A stretch of 64,000 nucleotides of DNA from Chrysemys picta bellii (Eukaryota): positions 82,708,001-82,772,000 of the forward strand of contig NC_088800.1 of NCBI RefSeq assembly GCF_011386835.1. Reading direction: 5' to 3'. The notes beneath the pieces are model-generated. The model was not told the DNA's origin, searched no databases, and saw only the letters and a list, made by a program, of their open reading frames with translations. Below are positions 12,914 to 26,017 of this stretch, one piece after another; the first letter of the stretch is position 1; each line of letters opens with the position of its first letter. The position numbers and the translations under genes are program-made.

Positions 12914-13301
12914 ACAAATTTGAAATTCCAGACCCAGAAAGAAAAAGCGCCTGAGCTGTGAAGCTGCAATATCAAAAGAATAAAAAATGACAACGGTCCA
13001 AATGTTTAGATCAGTGGAACAGTAGGCAGATTATTTCAGACTATTTATGATCTGCATTTCCATTTGCCATTCCTTGCTAATGGAAAGGGCTAACCCTTCT
13101 CCACCCCTCCTGAGCAATCCATCATGGGGAGACCTTCGAGATCCGAGTTTTCTGCTGAATGCTTTCACGTCTGTTTAGACAATCGAGGACTGTGGCAGGG
13201 CCGGGAGAGAGCAATTGGCATCGAGACACATTCCACAGCGTTCGGGCCAACATAGCTTCCGAGTCAGCTAGGAAGGGCAGACACTGGAAATTTTTACTTA
13301 C

Positions 13302-13424
13302 CCTTCTACTTGTGACTCTGAAATATTTAATGGCTGTTGGAAGATAGGTTGCATATACGTCGAGGTTTCCAGTGTCTCATACGTGACCAGCGTAGGACGG
13401 AGGTTCTCAAACGGTACTGGAATT
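13302..13424 (-). CDS. Candidate internal coding exon of unidentified gene (123 bp, phase 2-2)
   Basis: Strong donor AGG|GTAAGT and a weak acceptor (ccctgagagcag|). Open frame IPVPFENLRPTLVTYETLETSTYMQPIFQQPLNISESQVE in CpG-rich non-repeat DNA. Plus-strand frames are also open, so the call is ambiguous. Confidence 0.3.
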
Positions 13425-13694
13425 CTGCTCTCAGGGACACAGGAGTACCTTCACTGAAATCAGCGGAGTGTAAAGCTGGTGGAAACGAGAACCAGCAGCA
13501 GGTGTTGTGTGTGAGGAAGGTTGTTACCACACTTAAACTATATAATACATTGGGTTGACACCGGGTTTGGGTGGGGGGGTCTACTGCAGCTTTGCACTAT
13601 CTGTCCATCCCAAACCTTCTCCATTCAGCCCCTTCTCTGTCACTGTTGACAACACCAGCCTGCCTGTCATTCAGGGCTTTCAACCTGTATTCTA

Positions 13695-14031
13695 GAGACA
13701 AGGTGGGTGAGGTACTCCCTTTTATTGGAGCAACTTCTGTTGGTGCAGGAGACAAGCTTTCGAGCTACACAGAGCTCTTCCTCAGGTCTGGGACGCTGAG
13801 CAGTCACAGCAAAATACAATGTCCAACAGAGAGCTTAGCATAAGTAGTTAGCCCATGTTCTAAGGGACCGTTCAAGGTGAAGGGGCCCGTTAACACCCCT
13901 GTAATCTTGGGACAAAAAGGGGGGGTTTAACCCTCAAACCCAACAGAAGTTGGTCCAATAAAAGATATTACCTCCCCGACCTTGTCTCTCTAATATCCTG
14001 GGACAGGCATGGCTACAACAACACTGCATAT
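13695..14031. mobile_element. Penelope-like element (second family), fold-back with inverted 5' arm
   Basis: About 13694-13745 is inverted relative to about 13940-13990. Family 3' end ggctacaacaacactgcata. 13-bp TSD aacctgta(t/g)tcta (13682-13694, 14032-14044). Confidence 0.85.
13750..13789 (-). ncRNA. Minimal type-I hammerhead ribozyme motif, core intact
   Basis: AGAC-CUGAGGA-A-GAGC(ucugugua)GCUC-GAAA-GCU-U-GUCU: 4-bp stem I, 4-bp stem II, palindromic AGCU in place of stem III. Activity not shown. Confidence 0.75.
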
Positions 14032-14804
14032 AACCTGTAGTCTATGCACTCCTAGCATCCCCAGTTCAACCCCCACGGGGACAGGGGATGGGACGGCGGT
14101 AGAGCAGGGCATTCCCAGGTCCCAGCAATCCTGCACCCCTGCAAAGTCCCACAGAGGCTGCTGAAGCAGGGTGCAGGTTAGAGCGGCCCTGAAGATTGTC
14201 TCAGGGGCCTAATGCTGACCCTCTGAATAAGGGAGGCACCAGCTGCCTCTCCTTTGAACCTGCCCTAGCATCTCCCCCAGGGATGAATCTGGCCCTCGGA
14301 ATCTGTACAGTGCCTGGCACTATATCCACCTGCTCCTGACTGGGGTCTCTGCCTGCTCCTGGAATATAAATTAGTAATGATGATCTATCCTGTGCTCATC
14401 ACCTTGGTATCTTAGCTCCCTGGGCAGATGAGTTTGGCAACCATGCTAGCCAAGAGTCTGTGAATGGTGGCTCTTGAGTCTGCAAATCAAGCAGGAAAAC
14501 AAGATTTCTGGTGGAGCTCCTAGGACTTTTGCATCTGGTCAGGCTGGAGATGTCATATAAACAGCCTTTCTAAAGGCTTTGGTGCTTCTCTGTCTTGCTC
14601 ATGCCAAAAAAGAGTGTGGAAGTGAGTGACCTATTAATAGGTGTAGATAGAATATAAAATTATCCAAACTTTCTCAAGATGCAGAGAAGTTTCATTTTGG
14701 TTCAAGTCTTGTCTAAGTGTTCAGATTAATCACTCCCTTCTTAAGCTTGTATAATAAAAACTCTTCTTTCCAGACGTGTGATAAGGATTCATTACTGAAG
14801 ATAT

Positions 14805-14962
14805 CAAGTGCTAAGTAACTATTATTACACCCATTCTCCAGATGGGGAGGCAGGGGCGTTCTATAACTTGACCAAGTTGATGGGTAAATCAGTGTTAGAA
14901 CAAGGATTAGAATTTCGGAATTCCTGGCCCAGAGTTTCATGTTCCATTCACTTGACACTACC
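14805..14962 (-). mobile_element. MIR/CORE-type SINE relic
   Basis: attattacacccattctccagatggggagg...cttgaccaagtt...ggattagaa, the inverse CORE-SINE pattern. Confidence 0.55.
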
Positions 14963-15094
14963 TCACATGATCCCAACATTCAGCTCATTGCCCTTACTTT
15001 TCCTTTTAAATCCCATCCCTTTGCAATATTTCCCCATTCTGGCACATTAAGAGAACTTTGTTCCAACAGCTTTCTAATTACAATGGCTTTCGAA

Positions 15095-15450
15095 CAGATA
15101 TGCTAAACCTGTGGGGGAAAAACGCAGAAATTGGGCTTATTTTTGGCTTACTTGGCTTGTGAGTTGCTTGTTGGCTAGTTTTTGGCTTGTAGCTTGTTTG
15201 GCTTGTAGCTTGTTGCTTCTTTTTTTTGACCGGCTCCCGGCAAGCAGGGGCAAGGAGGGGAGAGAGTCAGGGGTGCACAGCGGGCCCACCACAGTCCCAG
15301 ACTGCAGACCGGAGGGATCTAGTCACATAGAGTGTTGGGGTTCTAAGGGATTGGCATGTTTTGGCCTTGTTTTGAAATGGGATTTGCTTGATTTCTGGCT
15401 TATTGTGAAAGTCGGGGTGCTTATTTACCGCGTGAACGTTGGCAACTGTG
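15095..15450 (-). mobile_element. hAT non-autonomous element
   Basis: Ends cagatatgctaaac / gttggcaactgtg. 8-bp TSD ctttcgaa (15087-15094) / ctttcaaa (15451-15458) differs by one CpG transition. Subterminal ggcttgt repeats. Confidence 0.8.
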
Positions 15451-15988
15451 CTTTCAAAAGAGGGAAAAGCCAGGAAATAGGTTCAAAGGGCTGATACAGA
15501 CAATGTGTCTTGTACAGTGATTTGTTTACACAGCGGTTCATGGCAAATGAAAGCCCTTTCGTTCTTTCATCAAGGCGGAACATAGACTCAGACGTCGAAC
15601 GCGTACAAGGCTGAACACAGAAATTGGTGACACACAGAGACCTGCACAGTAAAGCTTTTCTCCCTACACATACACACTAACATGGCAACGAATCAATCAG
15701 CAGCAGACTGTGCATGAGCTGTTCTGTAGGTAGCAGAGCACTCTCCACTTGCATACATCAGCTGGTTGCAGGGCAAACAGAATCAGAGAGTGATTTCCCG
15801 GGCCCCTTGCAAAACAAATTTTAAAAAGCTGGGCTCTTTGCAACTACCTAGCTGACCTGTCTAAACTGATTCTATCCCTCCTCCCGCTGCAAAGCCTGCA
15901 ATCCGGCAGGCAGGGAATTTCGCACAAGTGAGAAAACAAAGTCAAGTTTGCACTGGCTAGTAACGTGGTGAAAGGCAAGGATGGCATG

Positions 15989-16110
15989 TAGGGTGACCAG
16001 ACAGCAAATGTGAAAAATTGGATGGGGGTGAGGGGTAATAGGAGCCTATATAAGAAATAGACCCAAAAATCGGGACTGTCCCTATAAAATCGGGACATCT
16101 GGCCACCCTA
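15989..16110 (+). mobile_element. ~120-bp hAT MITE (TAGGGTGACC family), copy 1
   Basis: TIR tagggtgaccaga / tctggccacccta, perfect 8-bp TSD atggcatg. Confidence 0.9.
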
Positions 16111-16617
16111 ATGGCATGATGTTTACCAGAGGTGGTTTTTGCCAGGTAAAATCATGGTTTTTACGACCCTGGCGAAAACTACTGAATCCACGTTAAGGCA
16201 TTTTTTATTTACAAGCTGTTTCATTAGTGCACACCGTATTACGCTTAGTTTTAGTTACATATTCAAATTGTGGTCACATAAGGTAGTAGATTTGTAGGTT
16301 AGAGTTGTACAAGTAAAAAGTAAAACTGCAGTGGGCATAATACTAATGTATGTAATTATAATATTGAGCGTCTGTATATATTTTGGTTTGGTTTTCAATA
16401 TTATATAAACAAAAAAGTCAAAACCATTTGATCACATGTAAACGACAATAATGCAGAGTTGTAGGCTTGAAGCATTCAGCAATAAGAAGCATGCAGAAGT
16501 TGAAGATGATCAGTGCAGGTCCATGAGCAATGCAGTATTCTCTAGCGAAAGACCAACGTTGATGTAGTGGATAGACCGAGCCTATTCCTCTGTTTTGAAC
16601 GGCTGTATCAGAAGTTT

Positions 16618-16853
16618 GGGCTTGTCTTCACTACGGGGGTAAGTCGACCTAAGTTACGCTACTCCAGCTACGTGAATAATGTAACTGGAATTGATGTAGC
16701 GCAGGTCGACTTACCCCAGTGTCCCCTGCGTCAATGGGAGAGGCTCTCCGGTCGACTTCCCTTACTCTTCTCAGAGACTGGAGTTACGGGGAGTGCTCTG
16801 CCGTTGATTTAGTGGGTCTTTCCTAGACCCGCTAAATCCATCCCTCCTGCATC
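16618..16853 (+). mobile_element. PIF/Harbinger MITE, right end missing
   Basis: Left TIR gggcttgtcttcact and the internal hairpin ggggtaagtcgacct...aggtcgacttacccc. Confidence 0.7.
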
Positions 16854-16911
16854 TTAACTAGTTTTCCCAAGGAAATTGCAAACCCTGCCAGGAGGTAGCC
16901 ACTGTGCAAGT

Positions 16912-16913
<2 letters not shown>

Positions 16914-16957
<44 letters not shown>
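16914..16957. repeat. (GT)n microsatellite
   Basis: About 22 GT units. Confidence 0.98.
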
Positions 16958-16958
<1 letters not shown>

Positions 16959-19311
16959 TTCAACCTTCTGCCTCATTTCCCCATGAATCTGAAACCTGGT
17001 GCAAACTCTGCCATATGCTGCATAATCAGAAAGATAATAAAACAAGAATCAAATAAAAAAATGCTTTCCTTATTTGATGTGATTATTAAGCAAATATTGT
17101 GCTCGTGAAGCAAATGAAAGTGACAAGTCCCTTTGCTGCATGAATTGGAGAAGTAACACTTAATATAGCGTAGCCAGCAGATGTGCTGTATTAGGCTGTT
17201 CACGGGTGTTACGTTTGGAAATTGGTGGCGACACACATTTAGTTCAGTCATATTTCATTATGTGGATTTTATCAAGATTATTTTCCCCCTCCCTCTCTCA
17301 TTAGCATTTCCTCTCTGTGGAAATGCTACAAGAAATGATTTCATCAGCTGGCCCATTAAGACAGAAACCATCTCACAGACCGGAATGGCTGCAAACTGAA
17401 CAAAGAAGAGCTGATCCAAAGAACACACGGCAAGAAGTTGAGGAACAGGCCCTGCACAGGCTTATGGGTGAGCTCTGCTCTTCCTGGAACCACCTGTTGT
17501 GTGAAACTTAAATCTGAACTCCCCACCCCTGTGGTCATTAAAGATCCAGTGGCAATTTTCACAACAGTAAGCTGTGAACAATTTTCCACTGAAATATCCT
17601 TGCAATGGAAAACTGGGATTTTGACAAAAAAGGAAAATTTTCACTTTCCTCAACATTTTTTTTCTTACCTTTTCACTGGGAAACCAACACTCCAAAATAA
17701 TTTCACAAATATCCAAAAAAAAAAAAAAAAATCATTTTCCAGCAGTTTTGGCTGCCGCAAAACAGAAAAAAAGTTGTTTATTTTTTCAAAAAAAAAAAAA
17801 AAAAATTCCACAAATAATTTCAATCCATTTTCTAGCCATCTCGAATATCAGCCCCCACTTTCTTCACTGAATTCCAGTTTGGATTAATATCTAAGGGCTG
17901 ACTGTGTAATCCTTATTCACACTGGCAAGCACTAGCCCATGGCTAGTGAAGTAAATGGGACTACTCAGATGAGCATGTGTGTAGATTGCAAAGCCTTCAG
18001 GGCAGGGAACTGTCTGTGTTATATGTTTATACAGTTCCCAGCATGATGGCCCGTGGCCCCTACGTACTACAGTAATACAAATAACAGACTGCAAGCTATT
18101 TGTGTTTGTACAGCACCTTGCACAATGGGGTTCTGATCCATGCCTGGGGCTTTCAGGTTCTAGGATAATAAATAATACAATCAACAACATGAGTAACAGC
18201 TGCCCTATCTAACCCTAAATGCTTCCTTGCTATCATTCAACTGGACAAAATATTCTTCATTTCCTCCTATAATATTGCTGTATTTGCTGCAGAATGGTTG
18301 CTACATTCTGTTCCAGAGCTGGCAACACTGCAGTGATAGATGCATCCCGTGCATATGGGGATGCATCTATCTATCTAGCCAAAATCCTGATAGTCATCCT
18401 CAAGTGAATAGCTGCACTGATGTAAATAAGAACCATATTCTGCGACCATTACTAACACTGGTTTAGTACCTTATTCTGCAAGCATTCCCATTACGCTCAA
18501 TGAGATAATTCATGCAGCAAGATCCTAACTGAGAAATGCATAAATACATTGCTTTAATTGGCCTTAGTTTGCAAAGGTTTATAACTGTTAATGTATAGAA
18601 GTTACCAACTGGTAAAAAGAAAGAGTCCACAATCAATCTCTTGGTCTTAGTTCAATATCTCTCAAAGACTAATTGATGATGGAGCCTTAAATAGGGGCTT
18701 TAATTTTGATGTACATTTTGGTTTAAAGATTTAATCAATGACATTTTTCCAGCTTGAATCCCAAGAAGCTTATAATAAAACCCCAAGATTTTAAAACAGC
18801 TTTTGGGGAATGAATTTGCATTCTTTTAATGTTCCTGATTTTAACTGAAGCTGAATTTAAGTATGATACACAATACGGGGCTGTAAACACGCTTCCTAGG
18901 TCAGTCAATTTGTCTATGCTGGGCTATCACATTGGATGGCTCCAACTAAAACTGGGTTCTGAGGACCGACACCAAAGGAGCTAGACTGGTCTGTGCTAGT
19001 CAATGCACCTGGTCTGAAACTGGACCAGCAAACTGGGACGTTTTGCTACCCAGAAAATGTCTACAATGTTCCACGCAGCAGAGAGTTACTAGGTCATGAA
19101 AACGATCTATATTAATATACATTGCTTCCAATCTGAAAAGCATCGAAGGGGAGGAGGAGATGGAGCCTTTTACCTGTAGGTTTCTGGTAGTGCATACTAT
19201 TAGCACAGGTAGTCCAGTAGCACATAAGAACCAAATACAAAATCAGGACTATATTGTGTTAAGAAGAAAACAAACAGAATAAAAGAAGATTGTATCAGAC
19301 TAAGATGTTAT

Positions 19312-20150
19312 TGCGACGAGGTATGGCAATTTCCTGCAATATCCTTGAAAGACCTTATTGCATTATTTGTGTGTATTACTGCGGGCTGGAAATTGTATGT
19401 AACCTCGGGGGGTGGGGAATGGGAGGGGGCGATGTGACAGAGGTGAGACCTGGGAACTCAAAAGACTATAGTGAAAATATGCCTGACAAGTATGGGCTTT
19501 TGGGACAATAAGTCTGAAGTGCATTTCCTGGGGAATCCCTAGAAAGTGATTAATGCAAATTCCCCAACTCCGATTATGCAAAAACCCACCCTCTGGAAGC
19601 TATGCCCCGAGAAAGAGTCATGATTACCTGTGAGAGAAGGTCAAGATGAAAGACCCGAGCTGTGTAAAGAAGCAGATGATCTGCCCACTTGGGATTCTGG
19701 TTTTAAGATAAATTTGAAACCACCGGGGAAAACCCAGTTGTGGGTGTTGAAGGACTAAAACCCACCAGAGAGTTAGGGTGGAGGTGGGGTAACCTCTGGT
19801 GAGCTTTTCACCAAGTGTGTTAGGTTCTTCTATTGTTTTAATATGTTTTCTCGGTAAATGCTTTTTCCTTAAGAACAAATATGCTTGCTTAGAAGGAGCT
19901 GTGTAGCAACTTATGACGGCTGGCAATACACTAGTCACAGCCCTCAGAGAAAGCAAAGTGCAGACGCTGGCCTTTTAGGCAGTCTGACTTGCTGAGGATA
20001 TCACAGTGTAAATCGTGGAGCGGTGCAGCAGCCTTAAAAAAACCCTATTGAGAGAGCAAGACGCAGGTCTCTGCCCAAGATTGGGTAATCTAATGGGTGC
20101 TCTTGGTGGATCACTGAGGGGGAACACAGATGCAGTTACCCTGAAATGAA
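19312..20150 (+). mobile_element. Probable old solo LTR
   Basis: Starts tgcgacgaggtatggcaatttcctgcaatatcc and ends ...acagatgcagttaccctgaa, resembling a turtle Gypsy LTR family as I recall it. No TSD confirmed. Confidence 0.45.
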
Positions 20151-20939
20151 TACTGGGATTGGATTAGTTTGGGGCCAGAGTGGTTGCTCTAGGCTTGGGT
20201 TAGAATTAGAAGACCGAGCTGGAGGCTTGAAAGTAGGGTTACTGTGGTTGTGGACAATCTTATTGGGCTAGGAGTTGGGGCCAGTATCTGACCAGTGAGC
20301 GTTGAGGCCAGGAGGTTTCTCCGTGTTACATTTTTGTGGCTGGTTGGTTTGACCAGGCTATGATTAGGGTTGGAGCTGGTAAGAGTTAGGTCTGGGGTCT
20401 GCCTAAGGTCCTAAAGTAGGGTTATCTTTGGGGTTCGGTTTTGAACCAGATGCTGAATTTTAATTTTGCACATTGGAGGAAACAAAAAGTGCAACAATTC
20501 TCCTTTCGCAACCCCACTCCCAAATTATGAATTGTTTAAGATGTTCATTTTGGTATAAGAAGTTGATTCTCATGCCACCTATTGGATAGACATGAAAGTT
20601 CCACTTGTGTATTTGTGGGTAGACATCAGACATCCACATGTAGCTTAAATGGTTAATAACAGGAAGGACAGAAGTGGACTCTAATAACATTCCCTGTATG
20701 GCTGTTCGTTTTTTAGATTGCCACATAGAACAGTCTCTTTTACAGCATACTGGGCATCCCAAAGCACCTCTTGCTTTGAAAATCTTTTAATTAAGACTGG
20801 AGAGCACCAATAGGAAAAAAGGTTTAACATTTAGCATAATGTTAAGAACAGACATATGGGTGTCCTTATTCCAGAACTATCATAGTCAGGAGAAAAAGGC
20901 CTTCATTTTAATTCCAGTAAAATTAATTACATTTTAATT

Positions 20940-21130
20940 AGAGAGACAGGTGGGTGAGGTAATATCTGTTCTTGGACCAACTTCTGTTGGGGAGAGAGGC
21001 ATACTTTTGAGCCTCACTGAGCTCTTTTTCAGGTCTGGGAAATGTACTCAGAGTATCGCAGCTAAATACAAGGTCCAACAGACAGTTTAGCATGAGTGGT
21101 TAAACTATATCTCAAGGGACCAGTTAAGAC
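20940..21130 (-). mobile_element. Penelope-like element (second family) fragment, decayed hammerhead
   Basis: Collinear with 13694-13880. The core region has decayed (gcatacttttgagcc instead of gacaagctttcgagc). Confidence 0.8.
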
Positions 21131-22006
21131 TCTCCAGCCAAAGGAGACAGAGGGGGCGGGAGGGGGCAAGGAGAAAAAACTAAAACTTTGGGGCATGTTT
21201 AGTGGATTATAGATTGATGTAATTAAGCCATAAATCCAGTGTCTCTATTCAGTCCATGATATTTAGTGTCTAGCAAAATTATGAATTTAAGCTCCCAGGC
21301 TCGTCTTTTGAAGGTGTTGTACAGGTTTCCTCTGAGGTTTCCACTGAGGAATTGTGTTGAATTTCCATGTGGACAAGGAGAAGTTCTAAAAGGTTGAAAC
21401 TCACCCCACCATAGAAAGGTCTCAACAAGCCGTCGATTGCAAGCTCTTTGGGGCATGCCCTGCCCGCAATAATGTGCCTCTAAGGGAGCAAACTGAGAGT
21501 CACAGGTTTTTAACACGGCCTTTAAAATCACTGCAGGCACAAAAGAACATTTACCTCTTTAAATGCCTTGATGTGTCCACAAGCTCCCTGGACTTCAATG
21601 TGCTGTCATTTATGCTCAGAACTGGTAGCCAATACAGAATTAGTCCAGTCCATATTGATGCTCCTTAAAGAGGTTGGGACTAATGCTGATTATGCAAAAA
21701 AATGGGGCCTGTGACCAGAGATATGAAAAATCTAAAGGAGGTTTCAGAGGAACTTGCCAGAACAAAAGCTGACAATACTACTGTCAAAGTCTCAGCAGTC
21801 TTATCTGGCTTGATCTAACAGACAGAGTTGGAACCATACAAAGAGAAACTCAAAAAGCCATAGGCAACATGATTAATCCCAAATACAAAAGGTCAAAGGT
21901 AAAAACGCCAGACCAGGAGCACAAGAGAAATATAGTTTATGGAAAGCAACCCTGAGTCCCTTCCCTCTCTTCTAGCATTTCAAATTGAAGGTGCAGATTC
22001 CTTTCC

Positions 22007-22675
22007 CAAATCTAGATGTATACATCTAGGAACAAAGAATGCTGACCATTCTTACAAGATGGAGGACTCTTTCCTGGGAAGCAGTGACTCTGAAGAAGAT
22101 TTGGCGATTGTGGTGGATCATCAGCTGAACATCCACTCCCAGTGCTACGTTGTTGCCAAAAGGGCTAACGTGATCCTTGGATGCACAAACAGAAAAATAT
22201 CAAGTAGAAATAGAGAAGTTATTTTACCTCTATATTTGGCACTGGTGCAGGAATACTTTGTCCAGTTCTGATGTCCACAGTTCAAGAAGAATGTGGATAA
22301 ATTGGAGAGAGTTCAGAGAAGAGCCATGAAAATGATTAAAGGATTGGAAAACATGCCTCATAACGATAGACTCAAATTGCTCAATCGATCTAGCTTAACA
22401 AAAAGGTTAAGAGGTGACTTGATCACAGTCTAAACTACCTATATGGGGAACAAATATTTGATAATGGGCCCTTCCCTCTAGCAGACAGAGGTATAACATG
22501 ATCCAATGGCTGGAAGTTGAAGCTAAACAAATTCAGACTGGAAATAAAGCGTAATTAACCACTGGAACAATTTATCAAGGGTTGTGGTGGATTTGCCGTC
22601 ACTGGCAAATTTTAAATGAAGATGGGGATGTTTTTCTAAAATATATGCTCCAGTTCAAATGGAATTATTTGGAGA
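22007..22675 (+). mobile_element. CR1 LINE fragment (older subfamily)
   Basis: Peptide CIHLGTKNADHSYKM...DLAIVVDHQLN...AKRANVILGC...EVILPLYLALV, with frameshifts and stops downstream. Confidence 0.9.
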
Positions 22676-24433
22676 AACATGGAGTTCACTGCATGTTCGG
22701 GGCCTTAGAGTGAAATTCACCCCCATATCGATGGCCCTCTCAGGGCCTTAAGTACAAAGTACAGTTGAATTATTTATTATGATAGGTGCTATTATGAATT
22801 TAGCTCTATGGTTTTAATTAGTGAATAGTTCATGAACTGATATTGTGGTATTCATGATCTGCTTAAAGATGATTTTTTGCATAGATTTGTTAGAATCTGA
22901 TTAATTTACAAGAATAAACTCAATTAGAAAACTCAATCATTGTTAAGTTTAATTTATTTACCCTGAATGAATAGACTCATGTTGGGGGATGAGAAAATTA
23001 CCTAGATTAATAATAATGAAATATTATTAATAGCACATTTATGTAGTTATGACAATTTTTTTAAGTTGTAGGTTTAAATAAAACTAATGGAGATTTTTAC
23101 TATCAATTCTCTCCATCAGAATTCATCTGTTCAATTATTGTTTCCATCAGTTTCACTGCACTGCAGAAAAAAGCATCCTCTCATAATTAAAGTGAGTTTT
23201 GATTTGCAACAGCGAATGTTTGGGCTTGTTTATTACCACGTGATGGCAAAGTTCAGTGCACTCCCTTAATTCTAACTGTTTTGACTCCTTTTCAATTGGG
23301 TAAGTCAATGGGTAGGAAATCCCAGGTCCTCTCAAGAAGTTTTGAAATAATATTACGGTGTTAAGTGGAGATTGCCTATGGCAACATTTTCACTTGCCAA
23401 AGCACCTTTATGTGGGCTAGCAAAGAAGTATTATCAAGGTGTAGTTAGGATGTGGAAGTATTATATGTTAGAATGCAACAAAATTAGAACGCATTTTCTC
23501 CTTTCAAAAATGATTAATGTTGTGTTTGAAGAGGGAAATAATGAAGGTGAACCTTCATTATTGGTTCATTATTGGTAATGGATTATTGACCCATGATCTC
23601 TTTCTCTTGATTTTCTCCTGTTTATACCACTGCCTCACCTCCTCACAAAAGGCACCTTGCCATTGTGAGATGCAGCAACCCCTGCTATTACAATGGAGAA
23701 GTCATTTCAGTAAGAAACAGTGACATGGAGGCCCAAAAATGTAACTTACAATGTGTTATAACTGTTATCCTCTCCCAGCAATCTACTTAGTTCCTAAATA
23801 TTTATATGCCAACCCCCCACTCAGGCAATGAGAAATCAAAAAGTCAAAAGTCACTTTTTAGGAACAAGGCCATGAGTTGACAACATTTTACTTCTACTGC
23901 TGCAGAGCCAACTAGCAGAGGGAGCACATGTTAATGACAAACTTGGCTCCTAATTTGCCAATCCAACTGGGCATTTAGAATCATGTTGATGGCAAACAAC
24001 TAAACAATCATTTTACCCATGTTCAGTGGTGTTTGTAGAGCCTAATCCTCTTCCCAGTCATCAGAGTACTTGGTTTGAGTGATGGGGAACTTTGTGAGGC
24101 CAGGGATTTAGGCCCTCCAGGCTTAACATTCATACCTTCATGGGGTGAAAAGAACAGATGATCTGAGCCATGGAGGATCCTATGGCCTTGTCCCCTGTCT
24201 CTCCCCAAGCCAGGAGTTTCTGCAGTTACTACTTATCGGGCTAAGTCTTAAGACTATCTTATTAGTGGAATTCCTCCAAAGCCCCCTGAAACCAATCAAT
24301 AGATTTCAGCAACGTACTTCACATCAGGCCCATGCTGCTCAAATATCTCCTTGTAGATGCCTGTTCATCTTCAACTTTGCTTTTCCCTTATATCAGTAAG
24401 TGTTGCAGTCCCCAAAAGACATACTGAAGCACT

Positions 24434-25105
24434 AAAAAGGATCTGGGGGTTATAGTGGGTCACAAATTGAGTATGTGTCAACAATGTGATCAAGTTGTGA
24501 AAAGGGCGAATATCATTCTGGGTTGTATTAACAGGAGTATCGTATGTAAGACTGGGGAGGTCATTGTCCCGCTCTACTCAGCACTGGTGAGCCTCAGCTG
24601 GAGTACTCTGTCCAATTCTGGGCACCCCACTTTAGGAAAGATGTGGACAAACGGGAGAGCGTGCAGAGAAGATCAACAAAAACGATCAAAGGTTTAGAAA
24701 CTCTGATCTCTGCGGAAAGGTTACAGAAACTGGGCATGTTTAGTCTTGAGAAAAAAGACTAAGGAGGGACCTGACCACAGTCTTCAGTTATGTTTATGTT
24801 ATAAAGAGGATGGTGATTAATTGTTCTACATGTCCACTGGAAGTAGGACAAGGAGTAACGGGCTTAATCTACAGCAAGGGAGATTTAGGTTAGATAGCAG
24901 GAAAAACTTTCTAACTCTCAGGGTAGTTAAGTGCTAGGGTAGGTTTCCCAAGAGAGGTTGTGGAATCCGCATCACTGGAGGTTTTTAAGAACAGGCTGGA
25001 CAAACACCTGTCAGGGATGGTCTAGGTTCACCTGGTCCAGCCTCACTACAGGCAGCTGGACTGGATGACTTCTTGAGGTCCTTTCCAGCCCGACATTTCT
25101 ATGAT
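24434..25105 (+). mobile_element. CR1 LINE, 5'-truncated
   Basis: Peptide KLSMCQQCDQVVKRANIILGCINRSIVCKTGEVIVPLYSALV. Ends ccagcccgacatttctatgat. Confidence 0.92.
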
Positions 25106-25798
25106 AAGCGTATCCAGAAGTAAAGCATTAGCCATTTCTCATAGACTGTAAAATAACACAACCAGCCCTTCAGGGCTTTAACAAGTAAACGGACACTGCA
25201 AATATGCACAATCCATGTTCAGGCTGAGAAGTGAGGCGGAAGCATAGAGAAATAGGTCTGACAAACTACTGCTCTCTCTCTAGAGGAAAACGAAAAGCCC
25301 CAGTGTGTCAAAATCCACATAGAATATACAAATGAAACCACTTCCTTCTGCCGATGGGAGACGCTGGTTTGAAACATGGGGACACATTCTTCCCTTTAAT
25401 TAAAATATACCTGCTTTGATACATTAATCTTCTTTAATAAGCAAAACTCACACTGTCCTCTCCAGTAACCTTTGCATATAATATTAATTAAACATGGCAT
25501 TCTTTGACAATGCCTCTAGCTAACCGCATGAGGTAAAATGTGCCCCTAAAATGCATGAATCTGCCTCCTACACATCAATCTTCCCAGTGGCTACAGATTC
25601 TAGGGACTTTGATGCTGAGCCCTAAATTACAAAGCAAAGACGCACAAAAATAATGCGACGGGCTACTCCATTTTCAAATGAAGCAAAGAATACATGTAAG
25701 TGACCGATTATCCCATTTCTCTGTACTGCAGATTCAGAAGACTTGTGCAGAGTCAGGTATCATAGTGACCGGGTCCTCAGTGACCCTTTCCTCAAGAC

Positions 25799-26017
25799 CA
25801 GGGGTTCTCAAACTGGGGGTCGGGACCCCTCAGGGGGTCGCGAGGTCATTACAAGTGGGGCTGCGAGCTGTCAGCCTCCACCCCAAACCCCGCTTTGCCT
25901 CCAGCATTTATAATGGTGCTAAATATATAAAAAAGTGTTTTTAATTTACAAGGGGGGTCACACTTAAAGACTTGCTACAGGAAAGGGGTCACCAGTAAAA
26001 AAGTTTGAGAGCCGCTG
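25799..26017 (+). mobile_element. hAT-Charlie-type MITE
   Basis: TIR caggggttctcaaact / agtttgagagccgctg, perfect 8-bp TSD ctcaagac. Confidence 0.92.
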
